Shown in pieces: positions 35,584 through 48,269 of a stretch of 64,000 nt of DNA. Source of the stretch: Sphaerodactylus townsendi. Lineage: Eukaryota. The stretch spans positions 41,540,001 to 41,604,000 of the forward strand of contig NC_059435.1 of the NCBI RefSeq assembly GCF_021028975.2, written 5' to 3'. How positions within the stretch are numbered: the stretch's first letter is position 1; the number at the start of each line of letters is the position of its first letter. The translations under genes and the position numbers were made by a program. Under the pieces are notes generated by a model. It ran no database searches, was not told the origin of the DNA, and was given only the letters and a program-made list of their open reading frames with translations.

Positions 35584-38500
35584 CTCTAAAATATCAACCT
35601 GCTCTTGAATATTTTTGTACCCTTTGCTATAGTTACAAGCACAAGGAATACAGTATTTTTTAGCAAAACATTTATGAACACTTAGATTTCAAGTCCACAG
35701 TCATTGGCAGAGCCATTGTGACAGGATGTTGTGCTCTAAAACACAAGACAGGAAACTGCTGTAGGACAAGCTCTGCCTCTCAATTGTCTACGCCTGGGTC
35801 CAGTTGTGTTTGCTACTTTCACCATGGTACGCTTTATATTACGCTTTCTGACCATAAGGCCACTTTTACCTTATTTTGAAACTGTACTTGCATAACCCAA
35901 AACAATTGCAGCTCTGTCCTTGAAAAAAGCATCCAATAACTGAATGTGCAGAAAAAAACATTTAAAACTAAAATTTGATTTGAGTAGCCGTGTCCTCCAT
36001 CCATTCAGTTTACAGCTGTTAGAATTTTAATGTCAATATTTCAGCCAAAAAGTTGAAGGTCAATCCCAGCATTCTCAAGCAAAGCTATATAGGATCACAA
36101 ACTCAGCATCACTTGATGAACTGCATAGTTTACATAAAAGCCTAAAGCTGGGTGCAACTTTCTACTGAAGACGAGAAGAGAGAATCATGATCCAGCTATG
36201 ATTTCTGGAACACCCGATTTTATTCCCTGGCAACATGCATAAATTTTTATTTTCCTTTAATTGTACATGTTAAAATATATATAAACTTTGGCTTTCCACT
36301 CCCATTTGTTTCATTCAACACCAATCCTGCCCACTGCATGCACAAATATTTCTGATTTCTATTGGCCCCTAAGACTTTAGACTGGGCCCAGTCAAGAGAA
36401 CAGCCACTATTTTTCATTATATCTGCATCCACCAATAGCTGCTCCGGTACATTAATATCAGGACAGGCAGCTGTGCACTTGTTAAGCAACAGCTCTACTT
36501 GGCGGAAACATTAAGTAGCATCTTGCTACTATTTGCATGTACTAATATAATACTAGCAATGCATATATTATCTGTTCATGGAAGAACCACCAAAGTACCA
36601 GGTTTTAAGTCAATCCTACACAGTAACTCCAGTCAAAACCCATGGAAATGAATAGGCTTAGACTGGAGCAACTCTGGATAGGAGTGCATTGTTAGCCTTC
36701 TAGCCAACAGTTTGCCTGGGAGGAAGTAGAAGTTGATCTGAGACCAGCAATCAGTTCAGAAAAACAAAGGTGATGCAATTTGTCCACCTTTCAATTAATG
36801 GCAACTTTTCAATGGCTGATCTTTGAAAACAAGCGAAATACACATTTAAAGTCCAGGTGGTAGCTAGTCTTGCAAGTAAACGGCTGGAAGGAAAATTAGT
36901 TATTCAGCAATCTTTCCCCCTATAAAGATCCAAATTAATTTCAGTTGGGCTTCCAGCTGTATCCAAGCCATTACAAGTTTGCATAGGTTACTTATATACA
37001 CCTGCAAACAACCCAAGTTTGTGGAAGACCTTGATTAAGCAAACCAAGTTGCTAAACTGTAACTAGTTGGAAACCATTCACAGAAAAGCTGTCCCTCTGC
37101 TTCTCACATTTGCTTCACTCCAGTCCTAAAGGACACCTTTAAAATAACCCTTCTGTTACTGCCTGGTGCCTAAGCCTTACTGCTCCTCCTTTTTTGTATT
37201 TAACGTGTTGTCATGGTCATGCCCTGAGTGAGAGGACCATAATTCTGGCTAATGTTCTTTTTTCTTTCATGTCAAAGGAAAGAATACCCAAACATCTTTA
37301 TTTTCAAAATGTCATATTCTGCATGGTTTAGTGGCACACTGATGTAAACACTGATGTAACTCCCCCCATAGCAATACAAAATACAAAGAGGCTTACTTTC
37401 TTCATTTTAATTCTACCCAAGAGATAATTTCTAAGCCCAGCTACCTAGAGCCCCTATCTCAAGCTGGCCAAAGGCAGTCAGATCAAGCTAGCTGGATCTG
37501 TTGTCCAGTAAGAAACTTGAGTAAGCACAGCAACATGAACCACAGCTGAAGGTGAAGTTTGCTTCACAAAAGTCATTTTCTAGTGGGAAATATCTAAACA
37601 AGAAAACGTTTGCCTGATAAGAGTGGTCACAACATTGTACCTCTGGAATCCATCATGTCAATATTTTTGTGTTCTTGTAGAGTTGCTCTAGGGTCTAGGC
37701 GCTGACCTCACGAAAATAGCTTTTTTTAACAATCTGCCATATACATTTTTAAACATTTAAAGTATAATTTTAATGCACCAGAAATTAATGAGTTTATTAA
37801 AAATATTTTATGTTGTTAAAAGCTAAACTCTTAAGTACCAACAGCAATTAAAACAAAGATACGCAATCGTATGCATCATATTTATAAAATGTGTCTTTTT
37901 AAAAAAAAATCCCTAAAAGGGTTTTTTTTGTCATTTAGAATACTTTTTTTTGGTGTCTCATTAATTCTCATAACAACTATCCAAACCCTGTTTTCTTATG
38001 CATGTGATCATTTGAAGAGGAGCAACAAAAACTGTTGGTGCGGCCCCAGCCTTTTCCCAAAAATGCTCCTTTGAAGGGACCCTGCAAAATGATACTTTGG
38101 TATTGAAAAAGAAATTCAGAAGCCAAATGCCCGTCTTCAAATGGGCTGAAATAAATGCAGTGGGCAAATGACCACAATTTTAGGCACCCAGCATGTCAGT
38201 AAGGATGAATGTGAGTTCAAAAAACAAGAATAAAGTGAGAGAGTGTCACCAAACCAGCCTGTCTTTGTGGCCATCTGCCCTGATATTAATTAAATGGAAT
38301 ATACATCAGCAAAAACGTTTAAATGTCCAGGATGAAACTAGTGATAATAAGAAGATATCTGCTGGGTTTACTGCCTTAGAAAGAGAAATAGAACGAGTCT
38401 TCTCTTGATCTTATGTAAAAAATTACAGTTGGAAAACAAAAAAATAAACTCATTTATAAATAACATGTTTGTCAGCATCCAAAAAACAACTGTAGTTTTC

Positions 38501-39546
38501 ACACGCTATTTGGTAATAAAGCAGTTTAAACATAAGATAACAAGTAGCTCAAAATCCCATCACATCACATTTCATAACACATATAAGCACTCGAATATTC
38601 CCAAGTGAAAAATAAAAGCCTGTTAGTTATATCACACAACAATATACAAATACAGAGCAAGGTCATAGTACCAAAAAATAAAAAGCAGACTTTGTTCTTT
38701 TAAGCAATGGTTTTTCACAAGTGAGAACATCTATCCTACAGCAAGGTTCAATATTGTAAGGCGGTCACTCGAGCTTTTTTGCCCTGATCCCAAACACAAT
38801 GAAGAACATGATACAGTTCTCCTATACAGCAGGACTAGTTCTAATGGGTTGGTATAGGCTGCTAAGACCAGCCTTGTAGAGGAAGTCCAAGGTATTGCTT
38901 TACTTCTTTGTAAAAGGGTAATATAGAGAAAGTCTATATAGTACATCTGCCTAACACAACGAAACAACTGCCGAACTTATAGAAATATTAAGCAAAAAAA
39001 TGTGTCTGTTACACGGCTCAGTGCTGGTTTGTTTCCCAAGTATTGAAAATTCAGCTCGCATCAAGAAGAGCAAGATGTTTATTAAGGTAAGGAGCAGTGT
39101 CTTCTCCTGAAAGAGAAAAAAAACCTGACCGGATGAACAACTTGATTTGAACAAGAGTTTTACAAAAGAAATCTTCAAGTATTTTTTTTCCTTATCACAG
39201 TGAAAATGTAAGACCAAAATGTATTAAAGCGAACGACTGGAAAGTTTCGCAGATGAATAGAAGGCAAAAATAGTAAAATGAAAACATTTATAAAATGCTT
39301 TAACACATTTTCTTCATGTGGTATGAATAGAAAGGTTATTGGTAAAAAGTTAGAAAAATTAAAATAAATTACATATTTAAGTACACTTTCCCTTTCAACA
39401 TTTTGTATAAAAATCTGGAATAGCATACCACTATTTGAATATACACAGAGTAAAAATTTATCAGATGCTGCTGTTTCAACTCTCTTCTATTCTGTACAAT
39501 GTTATCTTGGTATAATGTTCAGTGTTGGCGACCATCTTAGTTTGCA

Positions 39547-39723
39547 TCAGTAGACCCAGCTAATGGGGACCCACTGTGGTTCTGTCCTCAGTTTCTCGGT
39601 AGCAGATTGCAATTTTTCAAAGGCTTTGTCTAAATTGTCATTCACAATGACCAGATCAAAATAGTGGCTGTAAGCTCTTTGGATCCGTGCACTCTCGTCT
39701 ACAGTTTTCTTCAAATCAGTGTC
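39547..39723 (-). CDS. PALS2: PALS2/MPP6 last coding exon
   Basis: DTDLKKTVDESARIQRAYSHYFDLVIVNDNLDKAFEKLQSATEKLRTEPQWVPISWVY-TGA. Confidence 0.97.
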   Translation of the reverse strand, partial: DTDLKKTVDESARIQRAYSHYFDLVIVNDNLDKAFEKLQSATEKLRTEPQWVPISWVY

Positions 39724-40721
39724 CTGTTAGAAGACAAAGAAAGGGGTTGAAACCATGATATGAACAGGCAGGGGGAAATGGCACTGGACCCTCAAATATT
39801 GGTTTCAACACTAAGAAGCACTTTTTAAAATACATTTAACTTAGAAAGCAACATAATTGAGTTCAGTGGCACTTCCTCAGAAACACAACAGAAAAATACA
39901 CGGATTTTATTAGATGTGGCCAAAAACATTCGGTCTTGGGTTGATTGGTTAGAATACTAAAGATTCCAGCTTTTTAATAAAGAAAACTTTCTGGACCATG
40001 TGTATAGAAGCAAAGGATTTGTTTTACAACAGTCCATAACTGCACAAAGGAATATAACATAGACAAAAGGCAATATCACTTCATTACCATATCTGCTCCA
40101 TAACATCGTATTAATGCACAAACATGTTACACTTCATACGTTACTACCCACAGCCATCACAATATGGAGAATCAGACACCTCTCCCCTTCACATGAGCTT
40201 GATGCTCAGCAACTAATACCTACTTTCATTCACAATCCTGCTTTCTCACAAGGCAGATGATACGTCATGAAATTGGCCTACAGTTCTGATATTCTTGGAA
40301 GACACAGATACCCCTCTGAGCTCCCATCATGCAAGGGCCGCTATGTGTAACCTATGACTGACAAATATCAATATTCCACAAGCAACCTGGTGGTAAATCA
40401 GTAACAGTTCACAGTTTGAAAGTCACAGGAACCAAAAACTACGTGTTCAAATTAACCAGCCACATTTTTGTCTCTCATTTGAATTTAAAAGACTGTTTCT
40501 CCAAATTACAGCTTTTGTTAAAATTCACAAGCTTTTAAAAAGGTATTTGAGCCCCCCCCCCCCCCCCCCAAAAACAAAAACCAATCAAGAGAATTGTCTA
40601 TTAAGAACTCCTGGAAGGCAGGGAGCAGTTTAAAAGGAAAGAATGGAAAAAGAGTCCAACAATGTCTGGCGAATCAGGGCCCCCGTGCAATGATCTGAAA
40701 GGGAGTTAAGGGAAGATAGAA

Positions 40722-40918
40722 CTGGATAGTCCCCAGCTAACGTGATCTCATCAGATTTGAGAAGCTAACCACAGTCCGAGCAGGTTGTATTTGGGCAACC
40801 TCCAAGAAATACCAGAGTTGTGACACAGAGGCAAGTAATGACAACCCACCTCTGAATGTCACTTGCCATGAATGCCCTCCAGGGTTGCCATAAGTAAGAT
40901 ATGACTGGACGGCAAATG
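40722..40918 (+). mobile_element. 5S rRNA-derived SINE
   Basis: gatctcatcagatttgagaagctaa head with the same tail as the other copies. Confidence 0.7.
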
Positions 40919-41044
40919 AAATAAATAAAAGGGAAGAAAGCAGGGCTTCAAGAAGGCCAATAATGTCTCACTATAATTGTACAACACAGTTGTTAATAGG
41001 TCAACATTTGTTCATTTCTATTTTAAAAAAGAAAGTTTCCTTAC

Positions 41045-41173
41045 TGTTAGAAGCTTGGTTGTAATTCCAGCATCCACCACCGCTTTGTGCATGCCACGGA
41101 GAGTCTCTAGCACTGGAGCAGCAATAAAAACTACATAGGGCATAAACTCTGCAGTGCGGAGTATTTTCAGTGC
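41045..41173 (-). CDS. PALS2: PALS2/MPP6 coding exon 10
   Basis: ALKILRTAEFMPYVVFIAAPVLETLRGMHKAVVDAGITTKLLT; acceptor ctctgcag, donor GTAAGG. Confidence 0.97.
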
Positions 41174-41506
41174 CTGCAGAGAACAGAGAATTAACCAGAT
41201 CCAAACACTGAATGACAGAAAGCAGTCTCATAATAATAATTAACACACTAAAAGAAGGCAACCATCATTTTGCACACTGTGCCATTCTGGAAGATCGCTA
41301 CCTTTTAATATATTCAGCATTGTCAAACAAAAAAGTTATGTTCCTTTAGACCACTATTTTTAAAAGTCACCAATAGATGGCACATGCTCCTTTCACCTGT
41401 TCCAGCAAGGATAGCAAAACCCCATGACTACAGGTGGCACAACCCTATTTTCAGAGGGTACCCCCCCCCATTGTAACGATTCTGCTGGATTGCTGCTCTG
41501 CCATAC

Positions 41507-41709
41507 CTGTGGATTCACATCCAAGATGCATGTCCTTCCAGTCTGAACCACTTCAAGGATAGAATCTATTTTGGTGCCATAAAGGTTTCCTTCATATTCC
41601 CCGTGTTCCAAGTATCTGCCACCTTTAATATCTGCCTCCATTTCCACTCGTGACACAAATCTGTAGGCTTGCCCATCTTTTTCATCATCCCGTGGCTTTC
41701 GCGATGTAA
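41507..41709 (-). CDS. PALS2: PALS2/MPP6 coding exon 9 (GK)
   Basis: FTSRKPRDDEKDGQAYRFVSRVEMEADIKGGRYLEHGEYEGNLYGTKIDS...DVNPQ; donor GTATGG. Confidence 0.97.
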
Positions 41710-42152
41710 CTAGACAATTGTGATAGCATGCACACATTTGATATGAAATAAAAACAGGACATGCATGGTTGGGTGGTTGTTTCTAAAAAAAATCATGGCG
41801 CTTTACAAAACTATTGGGTTAGTTGATTGTTCTTTGAGTTTCTCACATAAGTTAATATTATTCCTGCTCTCTTGCCCATTTAAGAGGATTTCAACAACAG
41901 CATTCAACTACATATTATTCCTAGTCAGATCAGTGGTCATTCAAGACCAGCACTGTCTACTTCGAGGAGAAGAAGTTCTCCAGGGTCTCTGGTAAAGGTC
42001 TTTTATTTCATATTACCTACCACTAGATCTTTTTTTAAGCTGCTGATGCTGGGGCATGAGCCTGGGACCTCTTGTACACAAGAAGGATATGAACTAGCCC
42101 TGAGCCACAGCCTTTCCCCTACCGGAGTTCTGAAGTTTAAATTGTTGACAAT

Positions 42153-42293
42153 GGCTCATTCCGCACATGCTGAATAATGCACTTTCAAACTGCTTTCAGT
42201 GCTCTTTGAAGCTGTGCGGAATAGCAAAATCCACTTGCAAACAGTTGTGAAAGTGGTTTGAAAACGAATTATTTTGCATGTGCAGAAGGGGCC
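42153..42293. mobile_element. PIF/Harbinger-type MITE, 141 bp
   Basis: Reverse complement of 11842-11982; 3-bp TSD AAT. Confidence 0.8.
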
Positions 42294-43744
42294 AATATAA
42301 TATTCTCAAGAACTACTGTTGTTGCAAAACACAAATGAGTTTGCAGAATCTGAAAGAGTAATCAAATTTATTCCACCATATTTTTTTATGAATTAGAGCC
42401 TGTTTTTCAGATTTAACACATCTCTTTTCTTACTCAATTTTACCAACTGTACCAACTATATCAACTATACCCCAACACAGATTCTAATCCCTGATTCACA
42501 TCACTACAAAGACTCAGAGCACAAATCAATCTTAGAAACTTAAATGAGAACAGGAATTATGATACTGCTGTGAAAATAAAACCATAACAGAATGGGTGAA
42601 TATCAGGTGAAGCAGAGCTTCTAATCAGGGGAGAAAAGAAGCTGGTGTAACAAATAATGTAGCTGTCCTTGTAATTTCCAATTTAAGAAGATATTTTCTC
42701 TTAGTAGTTCTCAAAAATTAGATATACCTATTCAGGAAATTGATTATTAACATTTGTAAGCACTCCCATCAGCCCATGGTTTTGAAACTGGAACTGCAAA
42801 AGTCCACATGATGTGTACAGTTCAATCCAACTTGGCAGTGAACCAAGACGAGCCCCACTGGGAATTGCTCTCAGTCAGCTGCAGCACTGAGCCTGCTTGT
42901 TCACAATGTGTTGTGTTTGCAGACATTTCCTTACTATCAGACTCAAAACAAGGGAAAATGCAACTCTGTTGATCTCTGGAAATCTAGAAGGCTTTCACTA
43001 CTATCTGCTATGATGTCCTTCCTAGGATAGGAATACACAACACTGTTCCAATGGTTCAGTTTTTATTGGAGAAGTCCCAAACACAATGCTCTATCCTATG
43101 ATACCTACACTATGAAGTTCAGAGAGATTGTAACTGTGTAGCCGATGAGGGTTTTTCAGCACTGGTGAAAAATTATCACAAATCTGCAGGCACCAGCAAA
43201 TACCAGGATCTGGCCTACCACTCTAACTACTATACCACACTGATTCTCAGGTATAACAAGTTTGAGGGGGAAAGACTGCCAAACTTTTCTAGGAACCTTT
43301 CTCCTTTTGCAAGTTCCTGGGGCTTTGCTGCCAGCCTCAAGGGAGTATATCTTGGTAGTAAGTTCCATGCTCAGATTGCCAGTATATCATCCTCATAGCA
43401 TGCCAGTAGGTACCATGTTTGAGCAGCCAGAATTGGCCTCTTTGTGTCTGGAAATTCCCCAGGAAACAGTCCATGGAGGCTTCATTCATGCAGGGGTGAC
43501 CTTGCATGGCCATATTCAGAACATTTTGGTCTCTGTGGCTACCCTGAATCTATCCCAGTGCTGACGGCACCTCCTCCAAGAAGATGGGAGAGGAGAGAGA
43601 AGCACAAGTTCTTACATTTCGATCACTTAACTATATAACCTCAGGATACCTGAACAACCATCTGCTTCCATACGACCCTGCCCGTGCATTCACTGAAGCC
43701 TTTAGAAGCATTCAGTTGGTATCACCCCATACGTCCCTAGGCAG

Positions 43745-44246
43745 CCTCTCCGATCGGCGGAGGCCAATTTACTGGTGGTCCCTGGCCCCTCGACGATGCG
43801 GCTGGCCTCCACGCGGGCCAGGACCTTTACAGCCCGGGCCCCGGCCTGGTGGAACGCTCTTCCTCCAGCTGTCCGGGCTCTGCGGGACCTTGGGGAGTTC
43901 CGCGGGGCCTGTAAGACGGAGCTGTTCCGCCGGGCCTTTGGAGGATCCAGCCGCTAATAGTGCCCCGCCTTTGGCCCTTAACATCTGGGCCACAACTCCA
44001 TCACTGAGACTCGCCATGCCTCCCTTCATCGTGGGGAGGGAGGGATTTTATACTATTGGAACGCTGGACGCCACCCTACATCTTGAATTTTAACCTAAAT
44101 TTAAACCTGGGCTTCTATTTGTAAACGCATTGGGAGATTTTATCGCTGCTTTTAAATGTTATTTAATTATACTGTTTTAAACGCTGTACACCGCCCAGAG
44201 CCCCTCGGGGATGGTGCGGTATAAAAATCCAATAAAATAAATAAAT
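43745..44246 (+). mobile_element. Young 5'-truncated L2-clade LINE
   Basis: LLVVPGPSTMRLASTRARTF..PAWWNALP...AFGGSSR*; 3' stem-loop and aataaaataaataa tail. Confidence 0.9.
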
Positions 44247-44588
44247 TTCTGGGCCTGTCTGCTGTTAAGTTTTGATTATAAAAAATTGAGTCTGTCTTCA
44301 ATTTCGATCATAAATTATCTTTGAAGGCTGGGTTAGGTTAAAAATGCAGTAAAATTCAGAAGCAAGCTTCTTGGCATGAGACATTTTTCCAGCAGTAAAG
44401 CAACAACGGTTCTCAAGCTTAGCCCTTGACAGCATAGAGCTCAATAGGGGAATATACAGTAGCCTCACATTACCACAGGCATAAAAAATTGGGGAGGGGA
44501 GAATCAACCTAAGAAGCAAATACATTTGATTTCAATGAACAAATCCACACATTGCTTAACAACCTACTCCTTAAAAACAGCAACTTAC

Positions 44589-44750
44589 ATGGCACTGTGG
44601 TTCCAAATTTGGAGGGATTCAATACAATAAATCTATTTTTCAAACTCCTTCGACCAACTCCCTGGGCTCCTATTAAGACTAGTGTTTTTCTCTGAAATGG
44701 AGGCATTTTGGCTACTTCCTCATATATTTGAATTTCATGACGATCAAATT
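44589..44750 (-). CDS. PALS2: PALS2/MPP6 coding exon 8 (start of GK)
   Basis: EFDRHEIQIYEEVAKMPPFQRKTLVLIGAQGVGRRSLKNRFIVLNPSKFGTTVP; donor GTAAGT. Confidence 0.97.
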
Positions 44751-45398
44751 CTTGATGCAAAGGAATAAACATATTAAAACTAAAACATGACATCAAAAGA
44801 TCATATAAATAATCACGTAATTAGCATATTGTTTAAAACACATGGCTATACAAGATTTCTTTGGGTAAGTTTCTTCAGACAAATATAATTTCACCACAGT
44901 TAATATTGACAATACATTATTTTGAACCTACTATTGCAATACTTACTGGTATTTAACTTTTTATTCTTTATTCTATTTATTATGCAAGTGGTTTTAAAAA
45001 GAATTCAGTTTCCATTCAAGATGACATACTGCAAAGCTTTACCATAAAAATACTATAAAAATACATAAGCAATAAAAATGAGTTTTCTAAGTCGCAGATT
45101 TGTACAAATTACCACATTCTACCATTCATGAATATTGCAAATATTTATATATGTGTGTGTATATAGTAAGTATTTTATATTTACAAATATGAAGGAAAAA
45201 AAATACAAGTGCCTGAAAATTATCGCGGAATAGCATGCTGGTCAACAGACTGGGCAAATATTCCACAAATCCAAGAACATCGCTATGTAGGTGCCAGCAT
45301 ATCTTTTTCACTTTAACAGGTTTTTTATTTTGCTTCTCAGTCACAAGGCAGCTAACAAATGATAAATTAGAAGAAGCACCCTACATACAAAACATACA

Positions 45399-45487
45399 CT
45401 GCAATCCAGAACAGAGCTGCTCCAGTCTCAGCCCATTGATTTCAATGGGCAGAGACTGGTGTCACTCTGTTCTGGATTGCATTGTTA
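45399..45487. mobile_element. Small palindromic MITE-like element
   Basis: tgcaatccagaacagag...ctctgttctggattgca; related copies at about 28775-28852 and 36608-36692. Confidence 0.6.
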
Positions 45488-46478
45488 ATCTCAGTACGGA
45501 CACCAGAAATTACAAGTTGACAGTTTCATCAATAGCGAAGCAGAATAAAGCTAAACATTTATTACTGTGTCATATATTTGGCAAGGCAGCATGGAGGACA
45601 GCTTGCCTCCTTCCACTCTACAGAAAGCAGAGGAGCATACCAAACTTCTCCTCCTACCTGGCCACCTGCTGAAACTGCAAGAATCCCCCGAGAGAAGCAC
45701 AAATAGTTAATCAATAGTCTAGGACTGCCCATAACTCCATCTAACTTGTTGCAAAACAATCTTGAACAATTTGCCTGTTACCTTTAGAAAAAAAACTTTG
45801 TTACAGCATAGCTGGTGCTACTTTGCTTTATTTTAGTTTTATTTCTTTAAGCATTTTGGAACTGGCTCTTTCCTGGAACACCTCGATCAACAGACAAGGA
45901 GAACTATCCACTGTGTTCACAATGATAGATGTTAAAGTAGGGATCCCCAACATGCCCCTCATGTTTGCCACACCACTCAACACCTTCCCTTGCACCCGCC
46001 AGGTGTTTTTAGGCCAGGTGGAGCTTTTGTCCAGTAGGACTTCTGATTGGCTGTGCACAGCACCAGGATCTTCACTGTGTGACTTAAGGTAAGATACGTG
46101 TGTACAAGAAAATATTTTAAATTTGTTCATTTTAAAAATCATTCTGTTAAATGGAGTTTCTGCATTAAGTGTTGAAGAATTACTGATAAGAGTTATGCAA
46201 AATCTTAATCCCTGACATTTTGTATTTGGCTTTGCCTCCTGTGATAAGACTTTTTATTGCTTAAAAGCTTAAAATTTGGAACAATCAATGGTTCAAATTT
46301 ATCTAGGATCATTTTCTGGATCACTATGACTAGCAGCGTATGAGTATAACACAATAAGAGGATGGTGAAGAGAAATAAATTACTTTTAACTAGCAATATT
46401 ATGTAAAAAAAAAATGAAAGGCAGAATTCAACACATTGTTCAGTTGGGATACGATATTTCAAACAAAGACTAAAGTAC

Positions 46479-46547
46479 CTGCATTCCTAGTTGTGAGATA
46501 CATCATCTTTTTCTTCTTTTTACTGCTTAATGTTCCACAAAATGGAC
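46479..46547 (-). CDS. PALS2: PALS2/MPP6 coding exon 7 (HOOK region)
   Basis: GPFCGTLSSKKKKKMMYLTTRNA; 69 nt, phase 1-1. Confidence 0.95.
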
Positions 46548-46774
46548 CTGAACACAGAGAAGTAGCAATTTAGAAATTCCAAATTCTTACAGAGAAGCCT
46601 TAGATAGCAATTCATTAAATAAATAATGTTATTCTGAATAAAGTCTTCATCCAAGTCATGACCATTTACTGTAGTACTTGTTTTAAAAGTAATTTTAATC
46701 GCACATTTAAAGCACATCATGATTAACATCTGTAATATTTACACAGATATAACTGGAACAAAAATATGTCTGGG

Positions 46775-47050
46775 TAGCTTAAGTGCCGTCAAGTTGCTTC
46801 TGACTTATGACAACCTTATTTAAAGACCTCCAAATGTCCCATCCGTAATAGCCATGCTAAGGTCTTGCAAACTGAAGACTATGGCTTCCTTTATTGAGTC
46901 AGTCTATTTCATGGTGGGTCATCTTTTCCAACTGCCTTCAACTTTTCCTAGCATTATTATCTTTTCCAGTGACTCTTGTCGTCTCACAATGTGAAGACAA
47001 TATGATAACCTCAAATTTGGTCACTTTAGCTTCTAGAGAGAGTTCAGGCT
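46775..47050 (-). mobile_element. RTE-clade LINE 3' end
   Basis: Antisense of the RTE ORF end (EKIIMLGKVEGS...); homologous to 58960-59270. Confidence 0.7.
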
Positions 47051-47395
47051 GTAACCGATACAACTGGCACAGAAAAATGGCTAGCATTATTTGTTTACAG
47101 CCTTCCTTTCCACAAAAAGACTCGGGGGAGTATGTATATTAAAAAGCAATAAGCACACACTAACACACTAATCAAACTGGACAAGTGCAAAAAAGCAATG
47201 AGACAGCCATTTACTCACCAATCGCATTCTCTGTTCAATATTACCTCCTTGCCAGCAGGTGGCAGAAAGGATTCAAATTTGGTTATCTGTCGTTCCCAGC
47301 TAAACTGAAACAGCTCCTGCACCATGTTATGCCTATTCCCTTGGATTTGGCAAATGCAAAAGTGATGTGAAGAATCATGAGATCATGAAACTTAC

Positions 47396-47495
47396 CTGAA
47401 TTGTCCCAGTCCCGCCTAACAAATGCTTTCCTTTTTTCTTCCAGGAATTGACTAGGAATAAGTCCAGCACTTCCCCCTTCTTTGACATGACTGGC
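47396..47495 (-). CDS. PALS2: PALS2/MPP6 coding exon 6
   Basis: ASHVKEGGSAGLIPSQFLEEKRKAFVRRDWDNS; donor GTAAGT. Confidence 0.97.
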
Positions 47496-48269
47496 CTGGA
47501 ATGAAATCAAGCATTTATTCACTTTGGCATTGACCATATTCATCAACACGATCCAATCCGATTACATCAGGATATTTTGATGTAAACCACACCGGAAGCT
47601 CCTCTTGCTGCATCCCACTAACCCTCCCAAATTTTGCTCCTGGATGACCAAGCAGCCTCATAAACAACATGGAGTGAGGGCAAATGGGGGATTTGCAGTG
47701 GGAAGCAAGAATGGGCAAGAGTTGCTTCCTTCAATTAATGGAACAACTATTCCAATAATGGACACGATGTTCCTTCAGCATTCAGGAACCAACTCAATGT
47801 GCAGGTTTCAGATGAAGGAAGCAGGTGTAATTAGGTCTTCACAGAATAGTGATTCAGTGGTTTTCTGTTCCCACTCGCAGCAAATGTAAACCACGAGCTT
47901 CACAAGTAGACTTAAATAGTTCCTATACAGGTTTCACATGTTTTATAGCCAGACACGTAGTGTGAACACACCCTAGACAGGCAAACCTACAGCACAATTT
48001 GGATCATTTCTTAAAATACACTAAGTGAAGGGCAGAAGGTGGGAAGACTCTGAATGCAGCTTCTCTGAAGCAATTGCCTTTATTGTGGTTTGGAATACCT
48101 GCCCAGCACAAAGAATGACCCTTTGCTCTAACTACACAGGACTATGCTTTTATAATTCAACAAGTTTGTCTCAGTCCAGATGTTCTATTTCAAGAAATGT
48201 TCTCCACCCTAACTTATGGTATCACAAGGTGGCTAACATGTAAGTTACTGTAGAACAGAGAAACCTTGT

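Larger units (their letters stand above)
32830..39546 (-). other. PALS2: Putative long 3' UTR of PALS2
   Basis: AT-rich and poor in transposable elements relative to the introns. Minus-strand AATAAA at 37793-37798 and 32849-32854, the latter preceded by TGTATATA (32858-32865). Confidence 0.55.

Noticed and set aside
47219-47247. Possible cassette exon of PALS2 with a strong GTGAGT donor
   Set aside because: The best acceptor gives 29 nt (frameshifting), and the 12-nt option lacks a pyrimidine tract; unsupported without RNA data.
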